DNA of 64,000 nt from Methanobacteriota archaeon (GTDB lineage Archaea; Thermoplasmatota; Poseidoniia; Poseidoniales; Poseidoniaceae). Position numbers and translations under genes: made by a program. The stretch spans positions 28,632 through 92,631 of the forward strand of contig JAAZXA010000064.1 of NCBI GenBank assembly GCA_014240385.1, given 5' to 3'. Positions within the stretch are counted from its first letter, which is position 1. The number at the start of each line of letters is the position of its first letter. The notes beneath the pieces were generated by a model. That model was not told the origin of the DNA. It saw only the letters and a program-made list of their open reading frames with translations, and ran no database searches. Below, in pieces: positions 28,601 to 37,027 of the stretch.

Positions 28601-29398
28601 TTCCCAAGAGCCATCACTTTTCCTTGCCTGTAGGGATATGGAATCACCACTTAGGATTGATCCGGTGTAGAAAAACCCGTAGCCGACAACCCTCGTTGGA
28701 TTCGTAGCAATATCAGATAAGTCCCAAACTGGTGTGTCAAGTGATGTAGACCAACCATCGCCATAGGTGCTAGATTCTCCATTACCAACATGGCATGCAG
28801 AATTCATCGAAATAGTTGCATCACTACTAGCTTGCCAACCTGTTCCTGCAGACCATTGGGATAAATCATCGCAATTGTCGTAAAGCCAAGCGATTGTTAA
28901 ATGGCGAGTTTTCTCATTATTTGCATAATTATCATCATTTGTATTTTCTAAATTAATGACTAGACTATGATTCCCAGCATAATCTGGAATCCAATCAAAA
29001 GAGACGGTTGAAGTGCCTTGTGCGGGGACATTCGAAACTTGAACAGTGGTGTTCAGCAATTCAAACTCGATATATTCGTCGTGCAGGATAACAACATTTG
29101 CAGTGAATGCAGAAGAATCACTGGTGCCATCATTCGAGATGGTAAAGGAAATACGTAAGTCAGCACCTAACACCCCATCCGTGATAAATAGGGTTTCAGG
29201 CTTATTGAATCCAGATATTGGATAGTTGCTACTGAACATTTTGTAGGTATTAACATCAGCACTATTCACATAATCAAATGCATAATCACTGATAAACACA
29301 TCAATTCCTGATCTACCTGATGCAGATTCTGCATTTTCAACCATCACTAATGATGAAGATGCAAGCATCAAAAAACATAGGAATAGGGCTTTGCGCAT
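25631..29398 (-). CDS. Giant cell-surface protein with repeated Ig-like/CARDB-like beta domains, a C-terminal TM anchor and a cytoplasmic zinc ribbon
   Basis: Signal peptide MRKALFLCFLMLASSSLVMVENAESA (ATG 29398; track TTG 29425). Numerous N-x-S/T sequons. TM segment GGAVVLLLVVITLLVL, then an acidic/Pro-rich tail ending in CPSCGAW...CENCPRC. Confidence 0.75.
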   Translation of the reverse strand: MRKALFLCFLMLASSSLVMVENAESASGRSGIDVFISDYAFDYVNSADVNTYKMFSSNYPISGFNKPETLFITDGVLGADLRISFTISNDGTSDSSAFTANVVILHDEYIEFELLNTTVQVSNVPAQGTSTVSFDWIPDYAGNHSLVINLENTNDDNYANNEKTRHLTIAWLYDNCDDLSQWSAGTGWQASSDATISMNSACHVGNGESSTYGDGWSTSLDTPVWDLSDIATNPTRVVGYGFFYTGSILSGDSISLQARKSDGSWEELGSMTGTVDASFQDGSTNWQTFSNTVGSQTTPVIPMQPRHFHASSQLRFHFSSDSSGSAIGYWIDDIVLIFDQRAKVDEFDWDIGTIGSAAAQREEWSDQTIAIQNNGNLSDKFIPSISGLPDEWEVIYTHESGSNIDAQNGVRVASGESKNLHVKIKPGPNASLGVESYVLDIRSMEQSSVFDSRNVSITVLADFIPSVQPQTTIPVCAAGNSCEFFVPVENIGDSSDTFDLEVSPFDVKTGWSLGLAWDQSTSIIVVPGTPELVKMMVSVPEGEAPDVRSIVNFQATSRTDPERSDSIQVSAAAAMVSAAEFSIESENIPSQGWEVEPGESIVIRFSLWNNASRQDTFAFSLDVQGGRTWSVDVQDYPDLPINSGSSATFIVTITAPSTAQAGDPGPVLIPQANSIRSNMNASTFQFSELRVSTLHDLLLRASDMPPHITPGLGTGFDIEIENDGNGPVDAILSLPDLPATWEWWSVVDGVNITGPIRLSPSYEQMDIAYIELFILAPADEIAGESLEFSIFVEPWEGEDIDLTNNEIIHEVITSQVRQPVLYPPEESEYRMDTNGTITIYFDVLNLGNTRESEMKVRIDHTSTPAAADITTLLEKGSKSSASGQWLTSSLLAGQQVEYMLTIIADSDLTLNTRLNLKITVVGGLDEFYQPLMLEYEFSIIADVRRDVTANFLAPTDGESLKFGEEHEFTVELESHSSISEIITLNFSSTRTLVCNGNPINAGSYSLTLQPPPSHTSTFDKVICRVTQGDSDENGEIQITVSIENNEISSWTISSDWRQKQVTNTGLLGGVGETEYIAGGAVVLLLVVITLLVLSRKGSEEEEYEDEEDNYPAIVSPIEQDYQAYPTTAVVEAIPSGPPITQVAPLIQEPVIQEPKQWSREELLASGWTNEQIISSYPHLAVPSVSVLTSAFDSLGGNTAPQEQEEGPTLPAVNCVITGQELTSNDQWSQCPSCGAWAEATAKAGCENCPRCRAAW

Positions 29399-29463
29399 TG
29401 GCGTCGTTCCGCCTTCTGACAACAATATAGATAATCCTAACCGTGTATTGTCATCGGAATAAG

Positions 29464-30273
29464 TTATTCCTCAGAATCTGAAAGTGTAATTTCCGCTTCA
29501 CCCTTTTCCTGCATTCTTGAGATAATGAACATCGTCATCAATGGCACTAAGACGATGATAAAGCAACCAATAACTGCAGCCAATGACCAAAGCATTTCAG
29601 TTGCAGTATCGAGGGCAAATGGCTCCATTGAGGAGAATTGTTCGTTAATATGAAGTAACTCAATATGAGGTTCTATACTGTGGTTTCCAGGCGAAACCAC
29701 TTGGATTTGCCAAACTCCTTCCGAATAACTTCGATTGAGAATTTCATCAACCATTTCTAGTGCTTCAGCCTCACTATCTGCACGAACAGTCCCCCCATCT
29801 CGGCGGGCTGGGTCGGTATGAATCAAGCCAATAACCACGGCGCTTCCATCTTCAGTAGCCTTAGAATGAGAAGTTCTTTTTTCACATTCGATTGCGCAAT
29901 TAAATGATAAGTCGGTTGTCTCACCTAGTAATTCATGACTATACCAACCAGCAGTATTGATGACTTTCAATGTTGAACTAGCAGGCGCACTGGATAAACT
30001 CGAGTTGATCCAAGTCAGATTTGTTCTATTGACATCAGCCTGCCAGAGCCAAGTTGTCCATTCATCTCCATCATCATCTTGAGAGACGTCTTTATGAAGC
30101 AAAGTTAAATCTGCCTTGGACTCACTTCTTTCAGTGGAATAAACATAGTACTCAGTATCAATTGTTGCTCCATATACTGCATAAGACAATACGAAAACTA
30201 AGGTGAAAGATAAGCCCATTAAGGTGCGAAGCAGATTTGGATTCTGCGCCAATGCCTTCCTCATCGAAAGCAT
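29464..30273 (-). CDS. Bitopic (N- and C-terminal TM) extracellular glycoprotein-like protein
   Basis: The likely start is MLSMRKAL at 30273; the track ORF extends to 30393 and would leave almost no promoter space before rps19e. TM helices sit at both ends around an external domain of about 200 aa that carries sequons. Confidence 0.55.
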   Translation of the reverse strand: MLSMRKALAQNPNLLRTLMGLSFTLVFVLSYAVYGATIDTEYYVYSTERSESKADLTLLHKDVSQDDDGDEWTTWLWQADVNRTNLTWINSSLSSAPASSTLKVINTAGWYSHELLGETTDLSFNCAIECEKRTSHSKATEDGSAVVIGLIHTDPARRDGGTVRADSEAEALEMVDEILNRSYSEGVWQIQVVSPGNHSIEPHIELLHINEQFSSMEPFALDTATEMLWSLAAVIGCFIIVLVPLMTMFIISRMQEKGEAEITLSDSEE

Positions 30274-30431
30274 CCACGGGAATACTTCTTTCAAAGATTT
30301 GCGTTTAAGCCTAACAAAAAAGAATAAGAAGTTGACACTCAAAAGCCACTCGAAACCTCGGTTGCTAAGCCTTTGGCCCCCCGTTTCCTTCAAATAGGGG
30401 AGGTCAGTCGGCGAGACGCTCGGTGCCTGTC

Positions 30432-30926
30432 ATGACCACGTTCCACGATGTTCCTGCTGATTTCTTGATTCCAGCCCTCGCTTCTAAGCTTGGTGATATG
30501 GATGGATTTGACATGCCTGAATGGGCAGCAGTAGTGAAGACTGGAGTCCATCGAGAGAGACCCCCTAGTCAAGGTGATTGGTGGGCCCATCGCAGCGCCG
30601 CAGTGTTGCGAAAAGTTGGACGAGATGGGCCAATCGGAACAAACCTTCTTGCACAAGCATTTGGAGGAAAACTTGAGCGCAATGTTGCACCAAATAGAGC
30701 CGCTCAAGGAAGCCGAAAAATCATCCGCACAGTATTAATTCAACTTGAGGCCGCTGGTCTGCTACAAAAGGTGGCGGAGAAAACTATCAAGAATATCGAT
30801 GATGAAGAACAAACTATCTACAAGGGTAGAATTATCACTCCTGCAGGTCATAAACTACTCAATGAAATAGCCCACCAAGTTCGTGCACAAGCAGAAGAAT
30901 CCTACCCAGGACTCAAGATTTACTGA
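30432..30926 (+). CDS. rps19e: Ribosomal protein eS19
   Basis: MTTFHDVPADFLIPALASKL...PEWAAVVKTGVHRERPPSQGDWWAHRSAAVLRKV. Confidence 0.9.
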   Translation: MTTFHDVPADFLIPALASKLGDMDGFDMPEWAAVVKTGVHRERPPSQGDWWAHRSAAVLRKVGRDGPIGTNLLAQAFGGKLERNVAPNRAAQGSRKIIRTVLIQLEAAGLLQKVAEKTIKNIDDEEQTIYKGRIITPAGHKLLNEIAHQVRAQAEESYPGLKIY

Positions 30927-30948
30927 AGGATGTGAGAGGTTGAGCACA

Positions 30949-31308
30949 ATGACTGCAGCACAAGACGATGAACTTACTCGTCTAAGGCAGCAACGTCTTG
31001 TGGAAATGCGCGAACAAATGGAGAGCCAAGCTCTTTCGCAAATGCAAGAAGAAGAGCAAGTTGCGGCAGAAGCACAAAGCAAAGCCAATTTAGCAACGGC
31101 TATGAAAACCATCCTTTCCACTGAAGCAAGAGAAAGATTAGCCCGCTTGGAGTTGTCCCGTCCAGAATTGGCAGAGCAAGTACGTCAACAATTAGCGGAT
31201 TTGAATAAAGAAGGAAGGATTTCCATACCTGTTAGCGATTTATCCTTGAAGAGGATTCTAGCAGGCCTAGAAGAGAAAAAACACAATTCGTCGATTCGAC
31301 GTATCTGA
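30949..31308 (+). CDS. PDCD5/TFAR19-like DNA-binding protein
   Basis: [28 protein letters not shown]...[16 protein letters not shown], in the conserved position after eS19. ATG at 30949. Confidence 0.8.
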   Translation: MTAAQDDELTRLRQQRLVEMREQMESQALSQMQEEEQVAAEAQSKANLATAMKTILSTEARERLARLELSRPELAEQVRQQLADLNKEGRISIPVSDLSLKRILAGLEEKKHNSSIRRI

Positions 31309-31318
31309 GGTGATGAAG

Positions 31319-31474
31319 ATGGCAAGAAATAAGCCCGCAGCAAAGAAAATCCGTCTCAACAAGGTTACTAATCAAAACCGTAGAGTTCCAGTGTGGGTTA
31401 TGATGAAAACCGCACGCAAGACTACCACTCATCCAAAGCGCCACCATTGGAGGCGCAGTAAACTTCAGAGGTGA
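31319..31474 (+). CDS. rpl39e: Ribosomal protein eL39 (51 aa), below the ORF-track size cutoff
   Basis: My translation is [51 protein letters not shown]. An in-frame ATG also exists at 31313. Confidence 0.9.
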   Translation: MARNKPAAKKIRLNKVTNQNRRVPVWVMMKTARKTTTHPKRHHWRRSKLQR

Positions 31475-31480
31475 TTTAGA

Positions 31481-31756
31481 ATGGCAAGAGCAGCAGTAAG
31501 TGAGTTGGTTGTCCCACTCCGCAAGGCATGGAATATCACCAGATTCAAGCGTAGCCCAAGAGCGATTAAAATCATACGCAACGAAGTAATTCGGCACCTA
31601 AAGGTTAAGGAAGACGAAGAAATTTGGATAGACCAAGCCGTTAATGAGGCGATCTGGAAGAATGGAATCGAAAACCCACCACGTAAAATCCGCTTGGAAA
31701 TAACTCGTCACGACGAGCCAGACATTCCAATCGAAGTAAAATTAGTAGAGGAGTGA
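31481..31756 (+). CDS. rpl31e: Ribosomal protein eL31
   Basis: ELVVPLRKAWNITRFKRSPRAIKIIRNEVIRHLKV. Confidence 0.9.
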   Translation: MARAAVSELVVPLRKAWNITRFKRSPRAIKIIRNEVIRHLKVKEDEEIWIDQAVNEAIWKNGIENPPRKIRLEITRHDEPDIPIEVKLVEE

Positions 31757-31761
31757 AAAAC

Positions 31762-31953
31762 ATGGGAAATATTCGTCCGTCATTCATCAAGATTCGTGCA
31801 ATCCGTTTGGTTAAGGACCACGGAGAGCATTTTACCGAGAGTTTTGACCATAACAAGAAGATGGTCGAGAAACTAACTGACGTTCCAAACAAGCGATTGC
31901 GCAACTGGATAGCAGGATATGTCACCCGCTACCGTCTGCGCCGCACAGACTGA
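31762..31953 (+). CDS. rps17e: Ribosomal protein eS17
   Basis: MGNIRPSFIKIRAIRLVKDHGEHFTESFDHNKKMVEKL. GAGGAGTGA lies upstream of the ATG at 31762; the track GTG start is 31753. Confidence 0.9.
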   Translation: MGNIRPSFIKIRAIRLVKDHGEHFTESFDHNKKMVEKLTDVPNKRLRNWIAGYVTRYRLRRTD

Positions 31954-32015
31954 ATGGAGGTGGGCAATTGCCCAAGGTCCTCATCAATTTGGACCACCGC
32001 CCCGTTAGCATTCAT

Positions 32016-32053
32016 CATCCGAAACAATCCGTTTTGGATGCGTGTTTATTTTA
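32016..32053 (+). terminator. Hairpin plus T-rich tract downstream of the r-protein operon
   Basis: CATCCGAAAC-aatcc-GTTTTGGATG forms a 10-bp stem with one G-U pair. It is followed by gtTTATTTTAt. Confidence 0.5.
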
Positions 32054-32206
32054 TCTGAGGAATCAACATCATGTCAGAAAGCGTTCTATCTCCATGCCCG
32101 ATAGACACCAAGGCGGATTTGTTGCTTTCATTTACCAAGTATTTGAGCCACGCTGGATAACAATGTGGGATGAAAAGAGATTGGCTCTCAATGAGGAGGA
32201 ATAGAT

Positions 32207-32992
32207 TTGGGCAATAGACCTGATGCACCCCTCCCCAATTTTGGATTTTCACCTATTATCGTACTGATGAGAACAGCCCATCCAGGAAACCTTGGGGCAG
32301 TTTGCCGCGCCATGCTAAATTTTGGTTTCACAGAATTAAGATTAATAGATCCACATTGCGAAGTAGATGAAGAAGCAAGAAAGCGTGCAAAATTTGCGGG
32401 TTCTATTTTGGACAATGTCGGGACTTTTGAAAATTGGGATTCCTGTATGCAAGATATCGGTTTTGTTATTGGTACAAGCGGAAAGAAAGAAGGCGGTTTG
32501 AAGACATCATTTAGGCATCTGATTTCCCCAGAAGAAGCTGCATCAATTGCAGTCCAACATGCAGGTAAAATTGCTATTGTATTCGGTGAAGAAGGAGTCG
32601 GAATGACAACTCCTGAATTGGATTTATGCGATTTATTGATGACAATTAACACTTGGGAGGGTTATCCAATTTGCAATTTATCTCATGCTGTTGCCTTGAT
32701 TCTTTATGACTTTTCGAGGGATGAAACCGAAAAGAAAGAAGAAGAACCCCTAACGGGAGAGATAAGAAGTACTCTAAAGAAAGCGATTTCAGATTACACA
32801 ACTGCGCTATCTTATGAAGGTACAAAGTCGAGAATGGTTGGGAAAACTCTTGATCGAATCATCTTGAAAGGATTGCCAAACGACCTTGAAGCGCAACAAT
32901 TGATTGGTGCGTTGGTTGAAGCAACGACGGCACTTCAGAGAGTATCTGGAGATGAAGAGTGGAAGCGTGGCAGAAGAAGGCGCTTGGAATAA
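32207..32992 (+). CDS. SPOUT (TrmJ/TrmH-like) tRNA/rRNA 2'-O-methyltransferase
   Basis: IIVLMRTAHPGNLGAVCRAMLNFGFTELRLIDP and IVFGEEGVGMT...NLSHAVALILYD. TTG start preceded by GAGGAGG. Confidence 0.8.
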   Translation: MGNRPDAPLPNFGFSPIIVLMRTAHPGNLGAVCRAMLNFGFTELRLIDPHCEVDEEARKRAKFAGSILDNVGTFENWDSCMQDIGFVIGTSGKKEGGLKTSFRHLISPEEAASIAVQHAGKIAIVFGEEGVGMTTPELDLCDLLMTINTWEGYPICNLSHAVALILYDFSRDETEKKEEEPLTGEIRSTLKKAISDYTTALSYEGTKSRMVGKTLDRIILKGLPNDLEAQQLIGALVEATTALQRVSGDEEWKRGRRRRLE

Positions 32993-33019
32993 AAACAATC
33001 CAAGTTCCACACTTGATGA

Positions 33020-33469
33020 TTATTTGCGCCAAGTAGCCCATGACTTCGGAGTTTCTCTAACATGAATTGCAACTAATCTCAAGCGGTTTCCATAGGCTGT
33101 TTTGAGGTGAGGTTCAACTGTTTCAAATGCCCACTTGGCAAGATTTTCTGCTGTTGGAATAAACTCCATGATTACAGTCCTATGTTGGTCTCCTAGCACT
33201 TTCAATGCTGCTAATCCATCTTGGTCGCCGGAATAGACAAGGAATGCATGGTCAACAATATCATGAATATACTCGTTTAATATCGCCGAAACATCAGAGA
33301 AATCGATTAGCATTCCTTCTTCTGAAACTCCTGACTCAGTAACAATATCACCTTCTATTTCTGCTTCCCAGCGGTAACGATGCCCGTGCATATGGCGGCA
33401 TTTTGATTTGTGATTAGGCACTCGATGTCCAGTGTCAGTCTCAACCCAGCGGCGAATTATCGTTGTCAT
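33020..33469 (-). CDS. queD: 6-carboxytetrahydropterin synthase
   Basis: HRVPNHKSKCRHMHGHRYRWEAEIEG. Has a 4-nt overlap with queC. Confidence 0.85.
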   Translation of the reverse strand: MTTIIRRWVETDTGHRVPNHKSKCRHMHGHRYRWEAEIEGDIVTESGVSEEGMLIDFSDVSAILNEYIHDIVDHAFLVYSGDQDGLAALKVLGDQHRTVIMEFIPTAENLAKWAFETVEPHLKTAYGNRLRLVAIHVRETPKSWATWRK

Positions 33470-34239
33470 GTCTTCATCTCCTGTTCTACTTTGATGGCAT
33501 GCTCAAGAATTACTTGCCATTCATCTGCATATTCAATTGGATCTTTTCTATCAATTGCATGGAAGGCGAGGATTCTCTCGATATCCGCTCCTGACTTTCC
33601 CGAAGAGCGCCCATCTGAATCAGGGTTATAGGAGGTATTTGTATTTCTAAACACAGTGTTGAAATCGAGACCCAATCCACCTATTGCTTGTTCTGCATCC
33701 CTAAGAATAGTGATTTTATCCCCTTCGATATAAGGTAGGTGGAACTCAACTTTTTCCCAATCCCAATTACCAACCTGAAATGCATGCTCAAGGCTTTGAT
33801 AAAATTCTGGCCTACAGTCTGGATAAATAGCATGGTCTCCAGAATGGACGCCTAAGGCAATCCTAACTCGGACATTCTCTCTTAATGCAATAGAAAGTGC
33901 ATAGCCGTAAAGGATAGAGGAGAATATCGCATTACGATTTGGTACTACTGTTGCTTTCATTTGTTGTTCTTCATAATGACCTTCTGGTATTGCTTCTCCA
34001 CCTTTGATTAGTGCAGAATGAAAAATCCCCATTGCACTTTCGAGGTTAACTATCCGATGTTCAACATGGTGTCCGTTTTGGGAGAGATAGAGGATGTTTT
34101 TTTTCGCTCTTTCCAATTCGATATTGTGTTTTTGTCCGTATTCATAGGATAGACAACTAACCTTGTAGCCATCAGCGAGAAGTCGCATTAAAAGGGCAGT
34201 GGAATCCATACCACCAGATAGTGCAATTACAGCCCGCAT
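33466..34239 (-). CDS. queC: 7-cyano-7-deazaguanine (preQ0) synthase
   Basis: MRAVIALSGGMDSTALLM (PP-loop). The true start at 34239 shares 1 nt with the queE stop (TGATG). The track ORF extended to 34509 is an antisense-free artefact. Confidence 0.85.
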   Translation of the reverse strand: MRAVIALSGGMDSTALLMRLLADGYKVSCLSYEYGQKHNIELERAKKNILYLSQNGHHVEHRIVNLESAMGIFHSALIKGGEAIPEGHYEEQQMKATVVPNRNAIFSSILYGYALSIALRENVRVRIALGVHSGDHAIYPDCRPEFYQSLEHAFQVGNWDWEKVEFHLPYIEGDKITILRDAEQAIGGLGLDFNTVFRNTNTSYNPDSDGRSSGKSGADIERILAFHAIDRKDPIEYADEWQVILEHAIKVEQEMKT

Positions 34240-34895
34240 CAGTCTACCCCCATCCATTTGTGAGTCTGAAGACTTAGGCGCCATTGTGGGTTTTCTTTGA
34301 CTAATTTTTCTGTTGCTTGAAAGTTCCTTCCATTCCATTCTACGCTCTGGTTTTGAAAGTAGCACGGTTGGATAAAATGATGTTTGAAACCTTGTTTTAG
34401 TTGATCGTAGAGGGAGAGATCCTGGCCGACATAGACCACTTTCAATTCGTCTCCTTTTCGCTGTTTGATGGGCACTTGTGGGTACATTTGGTCCTTGGGG
34501 GAAATACATATCCAGTCGATTAGGCCTTCTGGAATTTCGATGCTTCCATTACTTTCAATTGCGATTTTCTTGCCTCTTTTTCTCAAGCAATCAACAAGGG
34601 GCCATAGGTCATGCAGCATTGGTTCTCCACCTGTTAAGATGACATTCTTTGCAGGGAACTTGGCAATAATACCGAGAATGTCGATAACAGTCATATCATC
34701 CCACTTTGAAAAATCTGTATCGCACCATTCACAAGCCAAATTACATTGTCCAAAGCGGATGAAAATACTCGATATCCCAGCGTGATATCCTTCTCCTTGT
34801 ATAGAATTAAAGATTTCAACGACAGGATAAACTGCAGCAAGGTGGGCTGGATTATCCCCACCCACAATTCCTCCAGCCAACGTACAATTATCCAC
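34239..34895 (-). CDS. queE: 7-carboxy-7-deazaguanine synthase (radical SAM)
   Basis: Cluster motif CNLACEWCDT plus the queE-typical N-terminus EIFNSIQGEG. Confidence 0.85.
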   Translation of the reverse strand: MDNCTLAGGIVGGDNPAHLAAVYPVVEIFNSIQGEGYHAGISSIFIRFGQCNLACEWCDTDFSKWDDMTVIDILGIIAKFPAKNVILTGGEPMLHDLWPLVDCLRKRGKKIAIESNGSIEIPEGLIDWICISPKDQMYPQVPIKQRKGDELKVVYVGQDLSLYDQLKQGFKHHFIQPCYFQNQSVEWNGRNFQATEKLVKENPQWRLSLQTHKWMGVD

Positions 34896-34904
34896 TATTT
34901 CACC

Positions 34905-35480
34905 TCAATTAGAGAGTGGGGCACTACGGATTAACTGCATCAATTCAGTCCGTGCTTCCGCTTTTTCAAAGAATACTCCGCGCATTGCACTGGTAGTCAT
35001 GATGGCGTTTTGTTTACGCACACCTCGGCAAGTCATGCAGCCATGACGGGCTTCGATAATAACTGCTGTTCCAAGAGGAGAAAGGTGTTTCTCGAGGTCA
35101 TCAGCAATTCCTTTGGTTATCCTCTCTTGGTTTTGAAGACGGCGACCATGCATTTCGACAATACGCGCTAATTTGCTAATTCCAACAATCCGCTCTACTG
35201 GAATATAGGCAACATGGGCCCGTCCACTGAATGGTTGGAGATGGTGTTCGCAGGTGGAGTTGAATTCAATATCTCGCAACAGAACGATTCCATCATAACC
35301 TTCGCCATTGAAGGTGGCTTCCAATACATCTGCTGAATTTTGCTGATATCCTGCAAAGATTTCTCCCCATGAATCAATAACCCTTTTTGGAGTGTTTTTC
35401 AATCCTTCTCTTTCGCTATCCTTCTCAAGATATTGTAGCAAGGTCTTGACTGCTGCTTCAGCCTCCTCTCTTGTGCTCAT
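34905..35480 (-). CDS. folE: GTP cyclohydrolase I
   Basis: STCEHHLQPFSGRAHVAYIP and HGCMTCRGV. The probable start is MSTREEAE at 35480, 1 nt (35481) after the stop of the upstream RHH ORF; the track start is 35522. Confidence 0.85.
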   Translation of the reverse strand: MSTREEAEAAVKTLLQYLEKDSEREGLKNTPKRVIDSWGEIFAGYQQNSADVLEATFNGEGYDGIVLLRDIEFNSTCEHHLQPFSGRAHVAYIPVERIVGISKLARIVEMHGRRLQNQERITKGIADDLEKHLSPLGTAVIIEARHGCMTCRGVRKQNAIMTTSAMRGVFFEKAEARTELMQLIRSAPLSN

Positions 35481-35481
35481 A

Positions 35482-35655
35482 TCATTCGCCTCCAAGGCGG
35501 CCTGCTCGGCTGTCGATTTCATCCAAGTGATCTAACATTTTGCGGCAAGCGGTACGAATTGCATCAGCAACACTGACGAATTTTTTATCCTCACCGACAT
35601 GTTTCTTGAGGTCCTCAAGGAGTTCACCTGGCATATCAAGGCTGACTTTTCCCAT
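35482..35655 (-). CDS. Ribbon-helix-helix (CopG/Arc-like) small protein, 57 aa, not in the ORF track
   Basis: My translation is MGKVSLDMPGELLEDLKKHVGEDKKFVSVADAIRTACRKMLDHLDEIDSRAGRLGGE. It shows the beta-strand, helix, helix pattern of RHH repressors. Confidence 0.55.
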   Translation of the reverse strand: MGKVSLDMPGELLEDLKKHVGEDKKFVSVADAIRTACRKMLDHLDEIDSRAGRLGGE

Positions 35656-35712
35656 GCTTACGGGTAAAGCCTAGGGCATAAGAAGTATTCGCTGAGTAAT
35701 ACTGGGAGAATA

Positions 35713-36954
35713 TTAGGAAATCGATTCAACCAAGTCCTCACGATTGAATTGCTTTGATGCATACCAAGCAGCAAGCAAGGCATAGACTAGACTACTTCCA
35801 AACCAGATTAACACATGCCCACCAATCACTCGATCGGTTAGCAATTCTCTCATTGCAAGTAAAATATTGACTACGGGAATTGCAAACCAAAATCCTTCAA
35901 TACCTTCGAGATTGATAAATTGAGCAAATAGTGCCGGGAAAATGATTAGAATTATCATTGGCCCAAGCACACTCCCCGCTTCTTTCACACTTCTAGAACG
36001 AACTGCTAATGCCAATTCAAAGGCCACAACCATGACTGTGAACAATAATACGGCTGCCAACAACAATAGGAAGGCACTGGTTGAAAGAGCAGGCATTTGA
36101 AGGAATGAATTACTGCTGGTAATGAACTGAACGGCAAATAATAAACCAACAACTTGGAGAATAACTCCAGTTCCAGAAATCGTTGCAACTGCTAACCACT
36201 TCCCAGCCAATAAATCAAAACGTTTCACTGGCAGACAAAGTACCGCCTCCATTGTACCGCGTTCTCTCTCCCCTGCAGTCATGTCAATCGAGGGTTGAAT
36301 AGCACTAGAGGCAGTCCACATGGCGACTATCATCGGGATGAACAGTGAAAGCGCCCATCCTGCCTGTTCGGCATCAGAAGCCACATCTGCATCATCAAAG
36401 TCGCCACTCCAACGAATTGGATTGAGTGTATCTTCGGGGTTAAGCCCATTAGCAACCAGAGTCTCATTTGTCAAATTATCTTCCCATAATTTGAGATTTT
36501 CAAGGATTCTACTGAATGCCTCACCAGACAACTCCTGTGTGGAATCTCTCAAAATTGCATAATTCCACGTTCCGTTAGTTTGGTTATGTTGGAGACGCAA
36601 AATGGCATCGATTTCACTATTTCTTAGGCGCTCGTCATCCCCCATAGGTTGAGATAAATCTTCATCAAGCCCATTCGGTAGTGGTTCGCTACTATAATTG
36701 AGAAGAGACTCATCAAATAAAGTAAACAAATCTTGGTCTGGTGAATCACCTTGAATGATAATGTCTAATTCATAGGCTTGTCTTTCTGCAGCTTCCATTT
36801 GTAGAATCATCGGTAAAGCGAAGAAAAGAAGAGGGAATATCAGCAATGGGATGACAATAACAGCAACCAAAGTACGCCAATCCCGTACAAAATCAACCAA
36901 TTCTTTCCATGCAATGGTGCGAATTCTACGTAATCGGAGTGCGGAATTACTCAT
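35713..36954 (-). CDS. ABC-2 type exporter permease (NatB-like)
   Basis: N-terminal TM, a large external loop, then 5 C-terminal TM helices. AAGGAGGT lies upstream of the ATG. Sits downstream of the ATPase gene. Confidence 0.7.
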   Translation of the reverse strand: MSNSALRLRRIRTIAWKELVDFVRDWRTLVAVIVIPLLIFPLLFFALPMILQMEAAERQAYELDIIIQGDSPDQDLFTLFDESLLNYSSEPLPNGLDEDLSQPMGDDERLRNSEIDAILRLQHNQTNGTWNYAILRDSTQELSGEAFSRILENLKLWEDNLTNETLVANGLNPEDTLNPIRWSGDFDDADVASDAEQAGWALSLFIPMIVAMWTASSAIQPSIDMTAGERERGTMEAVLCLPVKRFDLLAGKWLAVATISGTGVILQVVGLLFAVQFITSSNSFLQMPALSTSAFLLLLAAVLLFTVMVVAFELALAVRSRSVKEAGSVLGPMIILIIFPALFAQFINLEGIEGFWFAIPVVNILLAMRELLTDRVIGGHVLIWFGSSLVYALLAAWYASKQFNREDLVESIS

Positions 36955-37027
36955 CTTCCTCGACCTCCTTATTGCGACGTGAAGGAGTTAGAAAAGTCCG
37001 CCAAATACGGGCCATCTTGCCCTCTTT

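Noticed and set aside
31968-32204. 78-aa TTG-initiated ORF in the spacer after rps17e
   Set aside because: It has a TTG start without an SD and spans the terminator-like hairpin and T-tract. Its composition is not protein-like and I recognise no family.
33466-34509. Long N-terminal extensions in the track ORFs for queC (to 34509). The same applies to kae1 (to 47566), fdsB (to 61124), mcmA (to 40198) and the VOC gene (from 45723).
   Set aside because: The extensions overlap neighbouring genes, lack homology to the families, and have conserved-looking internal Met starts placed right after the upstream stop codon. They are artefacts of longest-ORF calling.
33020-35655. The preQ0 genes as part of a 7-deazaguanine DNA-modification (Dpd-like) defence island
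   Set aside because: There is no DpdA/TGT paralog, helicase, nuclease or other dpd gene nearby. In archaea folE-queDCE supplies archaeosine for tRNA, so a housekeeping role is the simplest reading.
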